Shown here: piece by piece, positions 38,842 to 49,014 of the stretch | How the letters are laid out: each line of letters starts with the position of its first letter | How positions within the stretch are numbered: position 1 is the first letter of the stretch | Assembly: GCA_963665275.2 (NCBI GenBank) | Contig: CAXXIN010000018.1 | Location: 96,001-160,000 of the forward strand | Length of the DNA: 64,000 nucleotides | Direction: 5' to 3' | DNA from: Negativicutes bacterium | GTDB taxonomy: Bacteria > Bacillota > Negativicutes > UBA1444 | The notes under the pieces: generated by a model | The model's database searches: none | The model's input: only the letters and a program-made list of their open reading frames with translations | Told to the model about the DNA's origin: nothing | Translations under genes and position numbers: made by a program

Positions 38842-40698
38842 ATGGCAAAAGTAATCGGTATCGACCTCGGTACAACAAACTCGGTAGTGGCAGTCATGGA
38901 GGGTGGCGAACCCGTTGTTATCGCCAATGCGGAAGGCAGTCGCCTGACCCCCTCGGTTGTTGGGTTTTCCAAATCAGGTGAACGTTTGGTGGGGCAAGTG
39001 GCCAAACGCCAGGCGATTTCAAATTCAGACCGTACCATCAGCTCGATTAAACGAGAAATGGGCAGCAATTATACCGTTGCCATTGATGACAAAAAATATT
39101 CACCGCAGGAAATTTCTGCGATGATTCTGCAAAAATTAAAGACGGACGCTGAAGCTTATCTGGGAGAAAAAATAACGCAGGCTGTCATTACTGTTCCTGC
39201 GTATTTCAGTGATAGTCAAAGACAAGCAACCAAAGATGCCGGAACCATCGCCGGGCTGGAAGTTCTCCGTATCATCAACGAGCCAACGGCTGCTTCGCTG
39301 GCTTATGGAATCGACAAAGGCGACGACCACACCATTCTGGTATTCGACCTTGGCGGCGGCACCTTCGACGTCTCGATCCTTGAACTGGGCGACGGCGTCT
39401 TTGAAGTCAAATCGACCAGCGGCAACGGGCGACTGGGCGGCGATGATTTTGACGATAGGGTTATGAAATGGTTGGCTGCCGAGTTCAAAAAGGACTCCGG
39501 CATTGATCTTTCTGGTGACCGCATGGCGATGCAACGGTTGAAGGAAGCGGCCGAAAAAGCGAAAATCGAACTGTCGTCACTAATGTCAACCAACGTTAAT
39601 CTACCCTTTATCACTGCAGATGCTAATGGCCCCAAACATCTCGATATCAGTGTCACCCGGGCAAAATTCGACGAACTGACAGCCGACCTTGTCGAGTCAA
39701 CGATGGGTCCCACTCGTCAGGCAATGTCGGACGCCGGTCTGAGCCCGAAAGACATAGATAAAATTATACTGGTCGGCGGTTCAACCCGTATTCCGGCGGT
39801 ACAGGACGCCATCAAAAAATACTTCGGCAAAGAAGCTCACAAGGGAGTCAACCCCGACGAGTGCGTGGCTGTTGGCGCAGCAATCCAGGCCGGTGTATTG
39901 GCTGGCGAAGTCAAGGATGTACTGCTGCTTGACGTGACGCCGTTGTCTCTGGGTATCGAAACCTTGGGTGGAGTTTTCACCAAAATTATCGAACGCAATA
40001 CGACCATTCCGACGGCGAAGAGCCAGACGTTCTCAACTGCGGCGGACAATCAGCCGTCCGTCGATGTGCACGTTTTGCAGGGCGAGCGCGAAATGGCCGC
40101 TTACAATAAGACTCTCGGCCGATTTGAGTTGTCCGGCATCGCTCCCGCGCCACGTGGAGTACCGAAAATCGAGGTTACTTTTGATATTGACGCCAATGGC
40201 ATCGTACATGTCAGCGCCAAAGATCTAGGTACTGGTAAAGAACAAAAGATCACCATCACTTCCGCCTCACAGGGCGGCGGCTTGACGAAGGAAGAAGTCG
40301 AGCGCATGGTGAAAGAGTCGGAAGCAAATGCCGCTGAAGACAAAAAACGCCGAGAAGAAGTTGAAACCCGTAACGGCGCCGACTCCCTCGTCTATCAGGC
40401 GGAGAAGACGCTGAAAGAATTCGAAGGCAAAGCCGACAAGGCGCTTGCGGACAAAGTTCAGGCAGCTATCGAGGTACTGAAGGAAACCCTGAAAGGCACC
40501 GATACTGAAAAAATCAAGGCGGATACTGAAGCCCTCTCCAAACCTCTTTATGAACTGACCTCCGCTGTTTATCAGCAGGCCGGTCCTCAGGAAGGCGCTC
40601 CCGGACAGGAGGGACCGACTGGATCTGCTGGCGGCTCCAAGCATGATGAAAAAGTTGTTGATGCTGAATATAAAGTGGTAGACGACGAAAAGAAATAA
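38842..40698 (+). CDS. dnaK: Chaperone DnaK
   Basis: [25 protein letters not shown]; lacks the proteobacterial insert. Confidence 0.98.
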   Translation: MAKVIGIDLGTTNSVVAVMEGGEPVVIANAEGSRLTPSVVGFSKSGERLVGQVAKRQAISNSDRTISSIKREMGSNYTVAIDDKKYSPQEISAMILQKLKTDAEAYLGEKITQAVITVPAYFSDSQRQATKDAGTIAGLEVLRIINEPTAASLAYGIDKGDDHTILVFDLGGGTFDVSILELGDGVFEVKSTSGNGRLGGDDFDDRVMKWLAAEFKKDSGIDLSGDRMAMQRLKEAAEKAKIELSSLMSTNVNLPFITADANGPKHLDISVTRAKFDELTADLVESTMGPTRQAMSDAGLSPKDIDKIILVGGSTRIPAVQDAIKKYFGKEAHKGVNPDECVAVGAAIQAGVLAGEVKDVLLLDVTPLSLGIETLGGVFTKIIERNTTIPTAKSQTFSTAADNQPSVDVHVLQGEREMAAYNKTLGRFELSGIAPAPRGVPKIEVTFDIDANGIVHVSAKDLGTGKEQKITITSASQGGGLTKEEVERMVKESEANAAEDKKRREEVETRNGADSLVYQAEKTLKEFEGKADKALADKVQAAIEVLKETLKGTDTEKIKADTEALSKPLYELTSAVYQQAGPQEGAPGQEGPTGSAGGSKHDEKVVDAEYKVVDDEKK

Positions 40699-40768
40699 TT
40701 CAATAATCCGGCTTTCGGAGGGATCGTTTTTCGCATCTTTCCGGAAGCCGATATAAGTTGGTGAGATA

Positions 40769-41902
40769 GTGGCGGATAAAAAAGACTATTATGAACTCCT
40801 CGGCGTTCCCCGTACAGCTACGGAAGAGGAAATTAAAAAAGCGTTCCGCAAAATGGCGCGCAAATATCACCCGGATGTTAACCGGGACGATCAGAAAACA
40901 GCCGAGGCTAAATTCAAAGAAATCAATGAGGCGTACGAGGTTCTTTCCAATCAGGAAAATCGGGCCAAGTACGACCAGTTCGGCCACGCCGCTTTCGATG
41001 GCGCGGCCGGGGCCTCTGGGTTCGGCGGCGGCGGCGGTGGGATCAATGACATCTTTGACATGTTCTTCGGCGGTGGATTCGGTGGCGGTGGGGCGCGCAG
41101 ACAAGGCCCGGAACGTGGATCAGACCTTCGCTATGACATGGATATCACGTTGGAACAGGCGGCAACCGGCCATGCACAGGAGATCGAAATCCCGCGAACA
41201 GAGGACTGCCAGGTCTGTCATGGGACGGGAGCTGCCGCAGGAACGCATCCCGAGACCTGCCCCCAATGCGGCGGCAGCGGACAGGCCCAAGTAGTTCAGA
41301 ATACTCCATTCGGACGCATGGTCAATGTTACTACCTGCAGCCGTTGCCGGGGTGAAGGCAAGATCGTGCACACACCCTGCACAGAATGTAAGGGCAGGGG
41401 TAAGGTGCGCAAGACGCGCCGCATCCAGGTGACCATTCCTCCGGGGGCTGACAATGGCTTGCGACTCAGGATTTCACAGGGCGGCGAAGCGGGAACCCGC
41501 GGTGGCCCGCCAGGAGATCTGTACGTTTACATTTCCGTCAAGCGGCATAAAACTTTCGGACGCGATGGAGACAACCTGGTCTTTGATCTGCAAGTCAGTT
41601 TTCCGCAGGCGGCACTCGGCGATGAGGTAGAAGTACCGACCCTGGACGGAATGGCCAAACTTGAGATCCCTGCCGGCACACAGACAGGAACCGTCCTTAC
41701 TTTGAAAGAGAAGGGAATTCCGCATTTGCGTGGTCACGGCAAGGGTGATCTGAAGATCCGGCTGACCATTGTAACACCGAAAAAACTCTCGGATAAGCAA
41801 CGCCAGCTATTGCTGGAATTCGCCAAGTTAGGCGGCGAGAATATCAAGCCACCTAGCCAGAGCTTCGTAAAAAAAGTCAAAGACGTGCTGGGCGGGGTTT
41901 GA
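40769..41902 (+). CDS. dnaJ: Chaperone DnaJ
   Basis: HPD J-domain, G/F-rich region, four CxxCxGxG repeats. Confidence 0.98.
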   Translation: MADKKDYYELLGVPRTATEEEIKKAFRKMARKYHPDVNRDDQKTAEAKFKEINEAYEVLSNQENRAKYDQFGHAAFDGAAGASGFGGGGGGINDIFDMFFGGGFGGGGARRQGPERGSDLRYDMDITLEQAATGHAQEIEIPRTEDCQVCHGTGAAAGTHPETCPQCGGSGQAQVVQNTPFGRMVNVTTCSRCRGEGKIVHTPCTECKGRGKVRKTRRIQVTIPPGADNGLRLRISQGGEAGTRGGPPGDLYVYISVKRHKTFGRDGDNLVFDLQVSFPQAALGDEVEVPTLDGMAKLEIPAGTQTGTVLTLKEKGIPHLRGHGKGDLKIRLTIVTPKKLSDKQRQLLLEFAKLGGENIKPPSQSFVKKVKDVLGGV

Positions 41903-41939
41903 GAAGCACAAAGGTCGGCAATCGGAAGGAGGCGACGAT

Positions 41940-42884
41940 ATGAACGATAAATGGGCAGAGATCAGTATTTATACAACACAAGAGGCCACAGAGGCGGTAG
42001 CCGCAGTCTTTCATGAACTGGGCGCAGGCGGGGTGGTCATCGAGGACCCTGATCTGATCCAGTCGTATCGTCGTTCAGGGAACTGGACCGATTGCATTTT
42101 TCCTGACGAACCCGCCGTTGATTTTGTGACGATTGTAGCCTATCTTCCTTCCGATGAAGAACTTCCTGGCAAGCTACGCATTCTGTCAACACGAATCGAT
42201 GAATTGGCCGGCCATTCTCTAGATAAGGGGAAGGGGACCATTCATTGGCGTGAAGTTCGGGAGGCAGAGTGGGCTGATGCTTGGAAGCAGTATTTTCATA
42301 CTTCGCGCATCGGTGAACGGTTCGTGGTCAAACCGTCTTGGGAGGACTATACAGCCCAGCCGGGCGATATTCTACTGGATTTGGATCCAGGCATGGCTTT
42401 TGGTACGGGAACTCATGGAACCACTATTCTCTGCATGGAAAGCCTTGAGAATCTCGTAACACCAGGGATGACGGTATTCGATATCGGCGCCGGATCGGGA
42501 ATCCTGTCCATCGCAGCTGCCAAACTCGGTGCTGTGGCAGTAAAGGCGGTTGAATATGATGTGATGGCGGCGGAAACAGCTCGCCACAATGTTGAAGCCA
42601 ATGGTGTCAGCTCAATAGTCGATGTTTCTCAGGGAAATTTGTTGGACGGTATTGAAGGGCAGGCTGATGTCATTGTGGCGAATCTGATAGCCGACCTGAT
42701 TTTGAAAATGGCTCCGGCCATACCGTCTCATCTGAAACCCGAAGGCTGCTTCCTGGGCAGCGGCATTATCAAGGAGCGTCTGCCGGATGTCACCAGTGCA
42801 TTGGCTCTGCAGGGCCTGACTTTGACAAAAGTGACGGAAGCTGGTGAATGGGCTGCAGTGGTTGCTTGCAGGAGTCAAGACTGA
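41940..42884 (+). CDS. prmA: Ribosomal protein L11 methyltransferase
   Basis: DPGMAFGTG, DIGAGSGILSI. Confidence 0.95.
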   Translation: MNDKWAEISIYTTQEATEAVAAVFHELGAGGVVIEDPDLIQSYRRSGNWTDCIFPDEPAVDFVTIVAYLPSDEELPGKLRILSTRIDELAGHSLDKGKGTIHWREVREAEWADAWKQYFHTSRIGERFVVKPSWEDYTAQPGDILLDLDPGMAFGTGTHGTTILCMESLENLVTPGMTVFDIGAGSGILSIAAAKLGAVAVKAVEYDVMAAETARHNVEANGVSSIVDVSQGNLLDGIEGQADVIVANLIADLILKMAPAIPSHLKPEGCFLGSGIIKERLPDVTSALALQGLTLTKVTEAGEWAAVVACRSQD

Positions 42885-42885
42885 G

Positions 42886-43620
42886 ATGCGCCGAATTTTC
42901 ATTCAGGGTCCGCTTACCGATTTCATGGATGTTAAAGGGGAAACAGCCAGGCATATCGGATTGTCGCTGCGCATGGCTGTAGGGAGTACGCTCGGCGTAG
43001 CCGGACAGGACGGGCGCTGCGGCGAGGCCGAAATTGTCAGGATTACGCCCGAAACTGTAACGTTGGCGCTAAAAAACATTAGCGCCTCGACGGAGCCGCC
43101 TGTGGATGTGTGGCTGGCGCAAGCTCTGCCCAAAGGTGACAAGATGGACTTTATTGTCCAAAAAGCTGTAGAGTTGGGAGTAAAGGGAATCATTCCTTTA
43201 CTGACACAACATTGTATTGTTCGCTACGATGAGGCAAAGCAAACGGAAAAGTTGCGCCGATGGCAGAAAATATCGCAAGAGGCCGCGCAGCAGAGCGGAC
43301 GCGGGGTCATTCCGGCAGTCGGACCTTTCGTCACGATGCAGGCATTGTTTGAACACGTTTCGCCGGAGACACGGGTGCTGACTCTTTATGAGGGCACTGG
43401 GCGTCAGGGGTTACGCTCACTGCTGACGCAGGATCTTTGTGACTCCTGGATATTAATTGTGGGCCCGGAAGGTGGTTTTTCCGAGGCGGAAGCCGAGTAT
43501 TGCCAGAGCAAAGGTGCGTGCCTGACCGGACTGGGTTCGCGGATTTTGCGGACAGAAACGGCAGGATTGGCGGCCTTGTCGGCTATAATGTATGAATGCG
43601 GCGACCTGGGAGGTATTTGA
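42886..43620 (+). CDS. rsmE: 16S rRNA m3U1498 methyltransferase
   Basis: QKAVELGV, VGPEGGFS, LGSRILRTETA. Confidence 0.93.
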   Translation: MRRIFIQGPLTDFMDVKGETARHIGLSLRMAVGSTLGVAGQDGRCGEAEIVRITPETVTLALKNISASTEPPVDVWLAQALPKGDKMDFIVQKAVELGVKGIIPLLTQHCIVRYDEAKQTEKLRRWQKISQEAAQQSGRGVIPAVGPFVTMQALFEHVSPETRVLTLYEGTGRQGLRSLLTQDLCDSWILIVGPEGGFSEAEAEYCQSKGACLTGLGSRILRTETAGLAALSAIMYECGDLGGI

Positions 43621-44921
43621 TGGCCAAGGTGGCTTTTATCACCCTCGGATGCAAAGTAAATCAAACAGAAACAGAGGCTATGGCCGGAATCTTTCAGCAA
43701 CGGGGCTATATTTTGACCGATCCTGACACTCGGGCTGATGTCTATGTGGTCAATACCTGTTCCGTCACACACCTGGGGGAACGAAAATCGCGACAGATGG
43801 TCCGGCGTGCCATTCGACTGAACCCTGATGCTGTCGTTGCGGTGACAGGCTGTTTCGCACAGGTTTCACCGGCGGATGCTGCGGCGATCGAAGGTGTCGA
43901 TGTCGTTATTGGAACCCGCGACCGTGACCGTATCGTGGATTTTGTCGAAGAATCCTTGCGGGAAAAGCATCAGGTATTGGCTGTCAGTAATATTATGGAT
44001 GAGGTTGAATTCGAAGATATCCCTCTACAGGCAGTACCGGGACGTACTAGGGCTTTCCTGAAAATTCAGGACGGTTGTGAAAACTATTGCTCGTATTGCA
44101 TTATTCCTTACGCACGGGGGCATCTGCGTTCCCGTTCTCTCGACAGTATTGCCCGAGAAACTCGCGTGCTTGCGGCGGATGGTTTTCAAGAAATCGTGTT
44201 GACAGGGATCAATCTTGGCGCCTATGGCAGAGAGGGAGGTCGTTACACATTAGCTGACGCCGTTCGCACCGTGCTGGAAGAATCCCGCATTGTCAGGCTT
44301 CGCCTCAGCTCGGCAGAGTCTCTTGAAATATCGGAGAGCTTGATCGGGGTGATGGAATCTGATTCCCGGATGTGCCCCCATCTTCATTTGCCCTTGCAAT
44401 CCGGCGAGGATTCGATCCTGGCCGCTATGCGCCGTCCATATACTACGGCTGACTATGCCGAACTACTGGCACGGTTGCGCGAAAAAATGCCGGATCTCGC
44501 CGTGACCACGGATATTATTGTCGGCTTTCCGGGCGAAACCCCGGAACTTTTTGCGAAGAGCCTCGAATTCGCGACGGCTATGGAATTTGCAAAAATTCAT
44601 GTGTTTCCCTATTCACGCCGTGCAGGAACCCCGGCCGCTAACTTTCGCCAACAGGTTGGAGATGCGGAAAAAAAGCGCAGAGTGACCGAGTTGCTGGCGG
44701 TGGGAGAGCGCAGCGGATTCAAGTTCCGGCAAGGCTTTCTCGGTCGCACGATGTCGGTGCTCGTTGAGAAGTCGGAAATTGGTATGGCGGAAGGCTTGAC
44801 GCCGAACTATCAGCGAGTATTCATTGAGACTAAGACATGCGAGATCCAGGAGCGGGAGCTGGTTCCGATAGAACTGCTCAGAGTGATTCCTGAAGGCTTT
44901 GTTGGACGGTTGAAGAAATAA
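43620..44921 (+). CDS. mtaB: tRNA ms2t6A37 methylthiotransferase
   Basis: TLGCKVNQ, NTCSVT, GCENYCSYC, HVFPYS; follows rsmE. Confidence 0.93.
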   Translation: MAKVAFITLGCKVNQTETEAMAGIFQQRGYILTDPDTRADVYVVNTCSVTHLGERKSRQMVRRAIRLNPDAVVAVTGCFAQVSPADAAAIEGVDVVIGTRDRDRIVDFVEESLREKHQVLAVSNIMDEVEFEDIPLQAVPGRTRAFLKIQDGCENYCSYCIIPYARGHLRSRSLDSIARETRVLAADGFQEIVLTGINLGAYGREGGRYTLADAVRTVLEESRIVRLRLSSAESLEISESLIGVMESDSRMCPHLHLPLQSGEDSILAAMRRPYTTADYAELLARLREKMPDLAVTTDIIVGFPGETPELFAKSLEFATAMEFAKIHVFPYSRRAGTPAANFRQQVGDAEKKRRVTELLAVGERSGFKFRQGFLGRTMSVLVEKSEIGMAEGLTPNYQRVFIETKTCEIQERELVPIELLRVIPEGFVGRLKK

Positions 44922-45014
44922 CTTCAACCGTTTTTATGTTTTTGCAGGAAATTTAGCAACTCTGGCAGAACTTTCATAGAAGCGGATGTTGTCCAATGAA
45001 ATGGCGCTGGATGA

Positions 45015-45392
45015 GTGTATGAAGAAGGAAAGAAGGGATTGTCCTTGTCACAGGATTGTATTTTTTGCAAGATAGCAGCGGGAACCATTCCGGTAAAATT
45101 CCTTTATGAAGACGAGCTGTTGGTAGCGTTTCCAGACATTAATCCTGTCGCGCCGGTTCATGTGCTGGTGATTCCACGCAAGCATCTCGGCAGTGTACTT
45201 GAGACGACTCCTGATGATGCCGAGCTACTTACGCATGCCCTGCTGACGTTGCCGAAAATCGCTGCCAAACTGGGCGTGGCGGAGACCGGATTTCGCGTCG
45301 TAATGAACACCGGTCAAGAGGGCGGGCAGTCTGTCATGCATCTTCATTGGCATATTCTTGGCGGACGCTTCATGGAATGGCCACCGGGCTGA
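45015..45392 (+). CDS. Histidine triad nucleotide-binding protein
   Basis: DCIFCKI, HLHWHILGGR, WPPG. Confidence 0.92.
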   Translation: MYEEGKKGLSLSQDCIFCKIAAGTIPVKFLYEDELLVAFPDINPVAPVHVLVIPRKHLGSVLETTPDDAELLTHALLTLPKIAAKLGVAETGFRVVMNTGQEGGQSVMHLHWHILGGRFMEWPPG

Positions 45393-45451
45393 AAAACCTA
45401 AATAAGGCAAACGAAAACTTAGAAACCAGGAGATGAAAGGGGAATATAATT

Positions 45452-45907
45452 TTGGCGCAAGATGTTCAGTTGGTAATTTTTAAGCTTGCTAATGAAGACT
45501 ATGGTCTGCCGATTCAGAAGGTTCAGGAAATCAACCGCATGGTGCCTGTTACTCGGCTGCCGCAGACGCCTGAGTTCATGGAAGGGATCATCAACCTGCG
45601 CGGACGCGTCATACCGGTCGTAGATCTGCGTAAACGCTTTGGCCTTGCAGCCAAAGCCCATGAAGAAGATACCCGGATTATGATTATTGATGTTAGCGGA
45701 CAGACGGTTGGCATCATTGTGGATGCAGTCAACGAAGTTGTACAGATGCCTGGAACTTCGATTGAACCGCCACCGCCGGCTTTTATTCTTGATGCACAGT
45801 ATATTGAGGGCATCGGTAAAATGGAAGACCGCCTCGTGATCTTGCTGAATATCGATCAGATTCTGACCAGCCAAGAGGTCATCCAGCTGAAGCAAGCAGC
45901 AAATTAA
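45452..45907 (+). CDS. cheW: Chemotaxis adaptor CheW (orphan)
   Basis: GIINLRGRVIPVVDLRKRF, GIIVDAV. Confidence 0.92.
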   Translation: MAQDVQLVIFKLANEDYGLPIQKVQEINRMVPVTRLPQTPEFMEGIINLRGRVIPVVDLRKRFGLAAKAHEEDTRIMIIDVSGQTVGIIVDAVNEVVQMPGTSIEPPPPAFILDAQYIEGIGKMEDRLVILLNIDQILTSQEVIQLKQAAN

Positions 45908-45937
45908 AAGCCGGACGGCATGCCACCTGTAATTGGA

Positions 45938-45996
45938 AAAAATTAAAGAGACCGGCGATCAATTGGGAGAATCGATCGCCGGTCTCTTTAATTTTT
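45938..45996. terminator. Bidirectional terminator with 23-bp arms
   Basis: AAAAATTAAAGAGACCGGCGATC ... GATCGCCGGTCTCTTTAATTTTT between convergent genes. Confidence 0.85.
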
Positions 45997-46057
45997 ATTA
46001 GAAAAGCCTCCGGCAAAGGCCAGAGGCGAAGCAGGGGGAGGGAAAATCATGGGCTAT

Positions 46058-46648
46058 CTATTGGAAGCGAGGGCTACCGCCCATTCCATGTCCCGGACCA
46101 CCATTGCCAGGTCCACCACCACGACCGGAGAAACCTTTTTCCGACATCTCGTTGAAGTGTTGCTGCATCCGCTCAATGCGGGCATCCGCCTGTGCCTGGG
46201 TAATTTGTCCTGCTGAAACCATGCGCGACAGGTTTTCTTTCTGGATTGCCAGACGCTGTTCCCCCATTTTCTTCAGGTCAGCTTTCTGATCATCCGTCAG
46301 TGGAGTACTGAGGCGTGCGCCTGGGCTGACGAGGCTGTTCTTCATGCGGAACGAATTTGAACTATCCATCATTTTGATCTTGGCATCTGCCTGTTCTTGC
46401 GTCAGATAGCCGGTTTTTACCATGAGCTGCACTTTTTCTTTTTTTAGTTGGAAATTCTTTTCCTGCCAGGCTTTCCATTCAGCTTGCTGCGAATCGGTGA
46501 GCTTGAGAGGCTCAATTCCCATTGAACCGCCGCCCCTTCCGAACCCGCCGCCCATCATGCCCCGTCCCATGGGAGAGGCCATTGTGACTCCGGCTACCAT
46601 CAAGGCCAGCGCCGCTACGCCGGCGATTACCATTGCTTTCTTTTTCAT
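46058..46648 (-). CDS. Secreted DUF2680/YckD-like helical protein
   Basis: Signal peptide, two (V)xxGxxTQxQADA repeats, Gly/Met-rich ends. Confidence 0.7.
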   Translation of the reverse strand: MKKKAMVIAGVAALALMVAGVTMASPMGRGMMGGGFGRGGGSMGIEPLKLTDSQQAEWKAWQEKNFQLKKEKVQLMVKTGYLTQEQADAKIKMMDSSNSFRMKNSLVSPGARLSTPLTDDQKADLKKMGEQRLAIQKENLSRMVSAGQITQAQADARIERMQQHFNEMSEKGFSGRGGGPGNGGPGHGMGGSPRFQ

Positions 46649-46852
46649 CTTGCATTCCCCTTTCGTCTTATCGCGGATGTTTCCGCCCTCACTTATGAGT
46701 ATAGGGGATATATTTAACGAAACAATGTCAAAATTGTGACGTGTTTGTGAAATCGCACGGACGGATAGGACGCGCGAGAATGCTGAAGCAGGAATCGGCT
46801 TGTTTTGCGGGAATAATAGTGAAGGAGAGGCATTTGATTTTCAAAATGGAGG

Positions 46853-47914
46853 GTGGATGTTATGGCAGCATCGATCCAACGAATCGACACTCGAAATTTG
46901 CGTCCAGGCATGAAGCTGGCGAACGCCCTCATGTCTGAGGCGCACTCTCTGTTGGTGGCGGAAAAAACGATTTTGACGCAACTGATCATCGAGCGTATCC
47001 GACACAGCGATATGCGTTATGTCGATATACTGGTCGATATGGAGTCAGCAGCTTTGGCTGCGCGGCAGCCGCAACCTCCCAAACTTGTCGAAAATCAATT
47101 GAAGATGGTGCGCTCTGTCAAAGCAAGCTTCGATCGGATGCGTTTAACCCGTGCGTTGCCGCATGAGGAATTTCTGACAATCGCCAATGAAATTTCGACT
47201 ACTATGATTGATACACCAGGTGTTATTACAGCGCTCCAGATGGTCAAGTCTGTAGATAATTACACGTACACCCATTCCGTCAATGTCGGAGTTTTGTGTG
47301 GACTTATTGGAAAATGGACAGGTCATCAAAATTTGCAGGGATTGATTTTGGCGGGGTTGTTGCACGATGTGGGAAAAACGCAGATCCCTCTGGAGATTCT
47401 CAATAAACCGTCAGCGCTCACATCTCCGGAAATGAAGGTGATGCGGCGCCATTCCGAGTTGGGGTATGAGCTAGCCATGGGGAATGGGAGTATTAATGAA
47501 GAGGCAATGTCTGGTATTTTGTTTCATCATGAACGACTTGACGGTTCGGGATATCCGTCAGGACTTAAGGGCGCCCAGGTTCCTCAGGTTTCCCGAGTGC
47601 TTGCGGTAGCGGACCTTTTTGATTCGATGACTTCGAATCGGGTATATCGGAGCGCGGTGACGCCATTTGCTGTTTTGGAAGAAATTTATGATGAAATGTT
47701 TTCCGCACTCGATCCAGCGGTCTGCTTCGTTTTTCGTCAGCGAATCAAAGAATTGCTCGTTGGCAGCAAGGTGTTGCTCAGCGATGGACGCAGCGCCCGC
47801 ATCATTTTCATTGATGGCAACGACCACTTCAAACCGGTATTGCAGGACGAAATGGGACAGTCTTTCCAGCTGGAGGGCAACACCCCTGATATTGCCCGGT
47901 TTGTAAGCGATTAA
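46853..47914 (+). CDS. HD-GYP c-di-GMP phosphodiesterase
   Basis: HSVNV, LLHDVGK, HHERLDGSGYP. Confidence 0.92.
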   Translation: MDVMAASIQRIDTRNLRPGMKLANALMSEAHSLLVAEKTILTQLIIERIRHSDMRYVDILVDMESAALAARQPQPPKLVENQLKMVRSVKASFDRMRLTRALPHEEFLTIANEISTTMIDTPGVITALQMVKSVDNYTYTHSVNVGVLCGLIGKWTGHQNLQGLILAGLLHDVGKTQIPLEILNKPSALTSPEMKVMRRHSELGYELAMGNGSINEEAMSGILFHHERLDGSGYPSGLKGAQVPQVSRVLAVADLFDSMTSNRVYRSAVTPFAVLEEIYDEMFSALDPAVCFVFRQRIKELLVGSKVLLSDGRSARIIFIDGNDHFKPVLQDEMGQSFQLEGNTPDIARFVSD

Positions 47915-47945
47915 TGATATTTTCATGAGCGCAGACAAAACATGA

Positions 47946-48902
47946 ATGAAGGAGATCTATATGAAAACGAAAATTACCGAGCTTCTGGGGATAAAATATC
48001 CAATACTACAGGGTGCGATGGCCTGGGTGTCTGAGGCCAATCTGGCAGCTGCAGTATCAAATGCAGGGGGAGCGGGGATTATCGCAACCGGTGGTCGCAC
48101 GACCGAATGGACCCGTGATCAGATTCGAAAAGCCAAAACATTGACAGATAAACCGTTCGGCGTGAATGTCATGCTGATGGCTCCTAACTGCGACGAACTG
48201 GTATCCGTGATTTGTGAGGAAAAAGTTGCTTTTGTGACAATGGGAGCTGGTAACCCTGTGGTTTATTTCGAACAATTGCATGCGGCCGGGGTCAAAGTCA
48301 TTCCTGTCGTTCCCAGTGTAAAACTGGCGAAACGCGTTGAAACCGCCGGTGCTGATGCCGTTGTCATCGAAGGAATGGAAGCGGGAGGTCATATCGGAAC
48401 GCTGACTACGATGGCGTTGTTGACCAACGTCATACCTGAAGTATCCCTGCCGATAGTGGCCGCCGGCGGGATCGCCGATGGACGCGGGATAGGGGCTGCG
48501 TTGCTCATGGGCGCCGATGGCGTTCAGATGGGTTCGCGATTCCTGCTGACTACGGAATGTGCACTTCATCCAAATGCCAAGCAACGAATTATTGAAGCCG
48601 TTGACACAGATTCCATTGCGACGGGAATATCACGAGGGCATGGTGTACGGGGACTGAAAAACGATTTCACAGCCAAATTTACGCAACTAGAAGTTAGCGG
48701 CGCCCCACAGGATGAACTGGATAAGTTGGCGACCGGCACTGCCCGACTGGCTGCCGTCGAAGGAGATGTCCAAAATGGATTGGTTCAGGTGGGACAAAGT
48801 CTATTGCCATTGAGAGAGAGTAAGCCTGTCCACGAAGTGGTGGAGTCTCTAATATCCGAAACGGTTCAAGTTCTAAACCGTGCGCCGGAACTGTTGAAAT
48901 AG
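47946..48902 (+). CDS. FabK-like enoyl-ACP reductase / nitronate monooxygenase family
   Basis: YPILQGAMAWV, EGMEAGGHIG, AAGGIADGRG. Confidence 0.85.
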   Translation: MKEIYMKTKITELLGIKYPILQGAMAWVSEANLAAAVSNAGGAGIIATGGRTTEWTRDQIRKAKTLTDKPFGVNVMLMAPNCDELVSVICEEKVAFVTMGAGNPVVYFEQLHAAGVKVIPVVPSVKLAKRVETAGADAVVIEGMEAGGHIGTLTTMALLTNVIPEVSLPIVAAGGIADGRGIGAALLMGADGVQMGSRFLLTTECALHPNAKQRIIEAVDTDSIATGISRGHGVRGLKNDFTAKFTQLEVSGAPQDELDKLATGTARLAAVEGDVQNGLVQVGQSLLPLRESKPVHEVVESLISETVQVLNRAPELLK

Positions 48903-49014
48903 GTGAATAAACAAAAAACACGGCCAACGTAAAGAAGCGAGCTAACGGTAACCGAGCACCATGTGTTGAACCGAAATCTGAATGGTTTTTCAGTATTGAG
49001 CGGAGGAATTTTTC

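Noticed and set aside
46001-46030. AAAGCCTCCGGC resembling part of a c-di-GMP-I riboswitch
   Set aside because: It lacks the upstream GCAAAC/GNRA stem and lies between convergent 3' ends
48903-49014. Possible structured RNA upstream of the GGDEF-EAL gene
   Set aside because: No recognisable riboswitch consensus or stable terminator by eye
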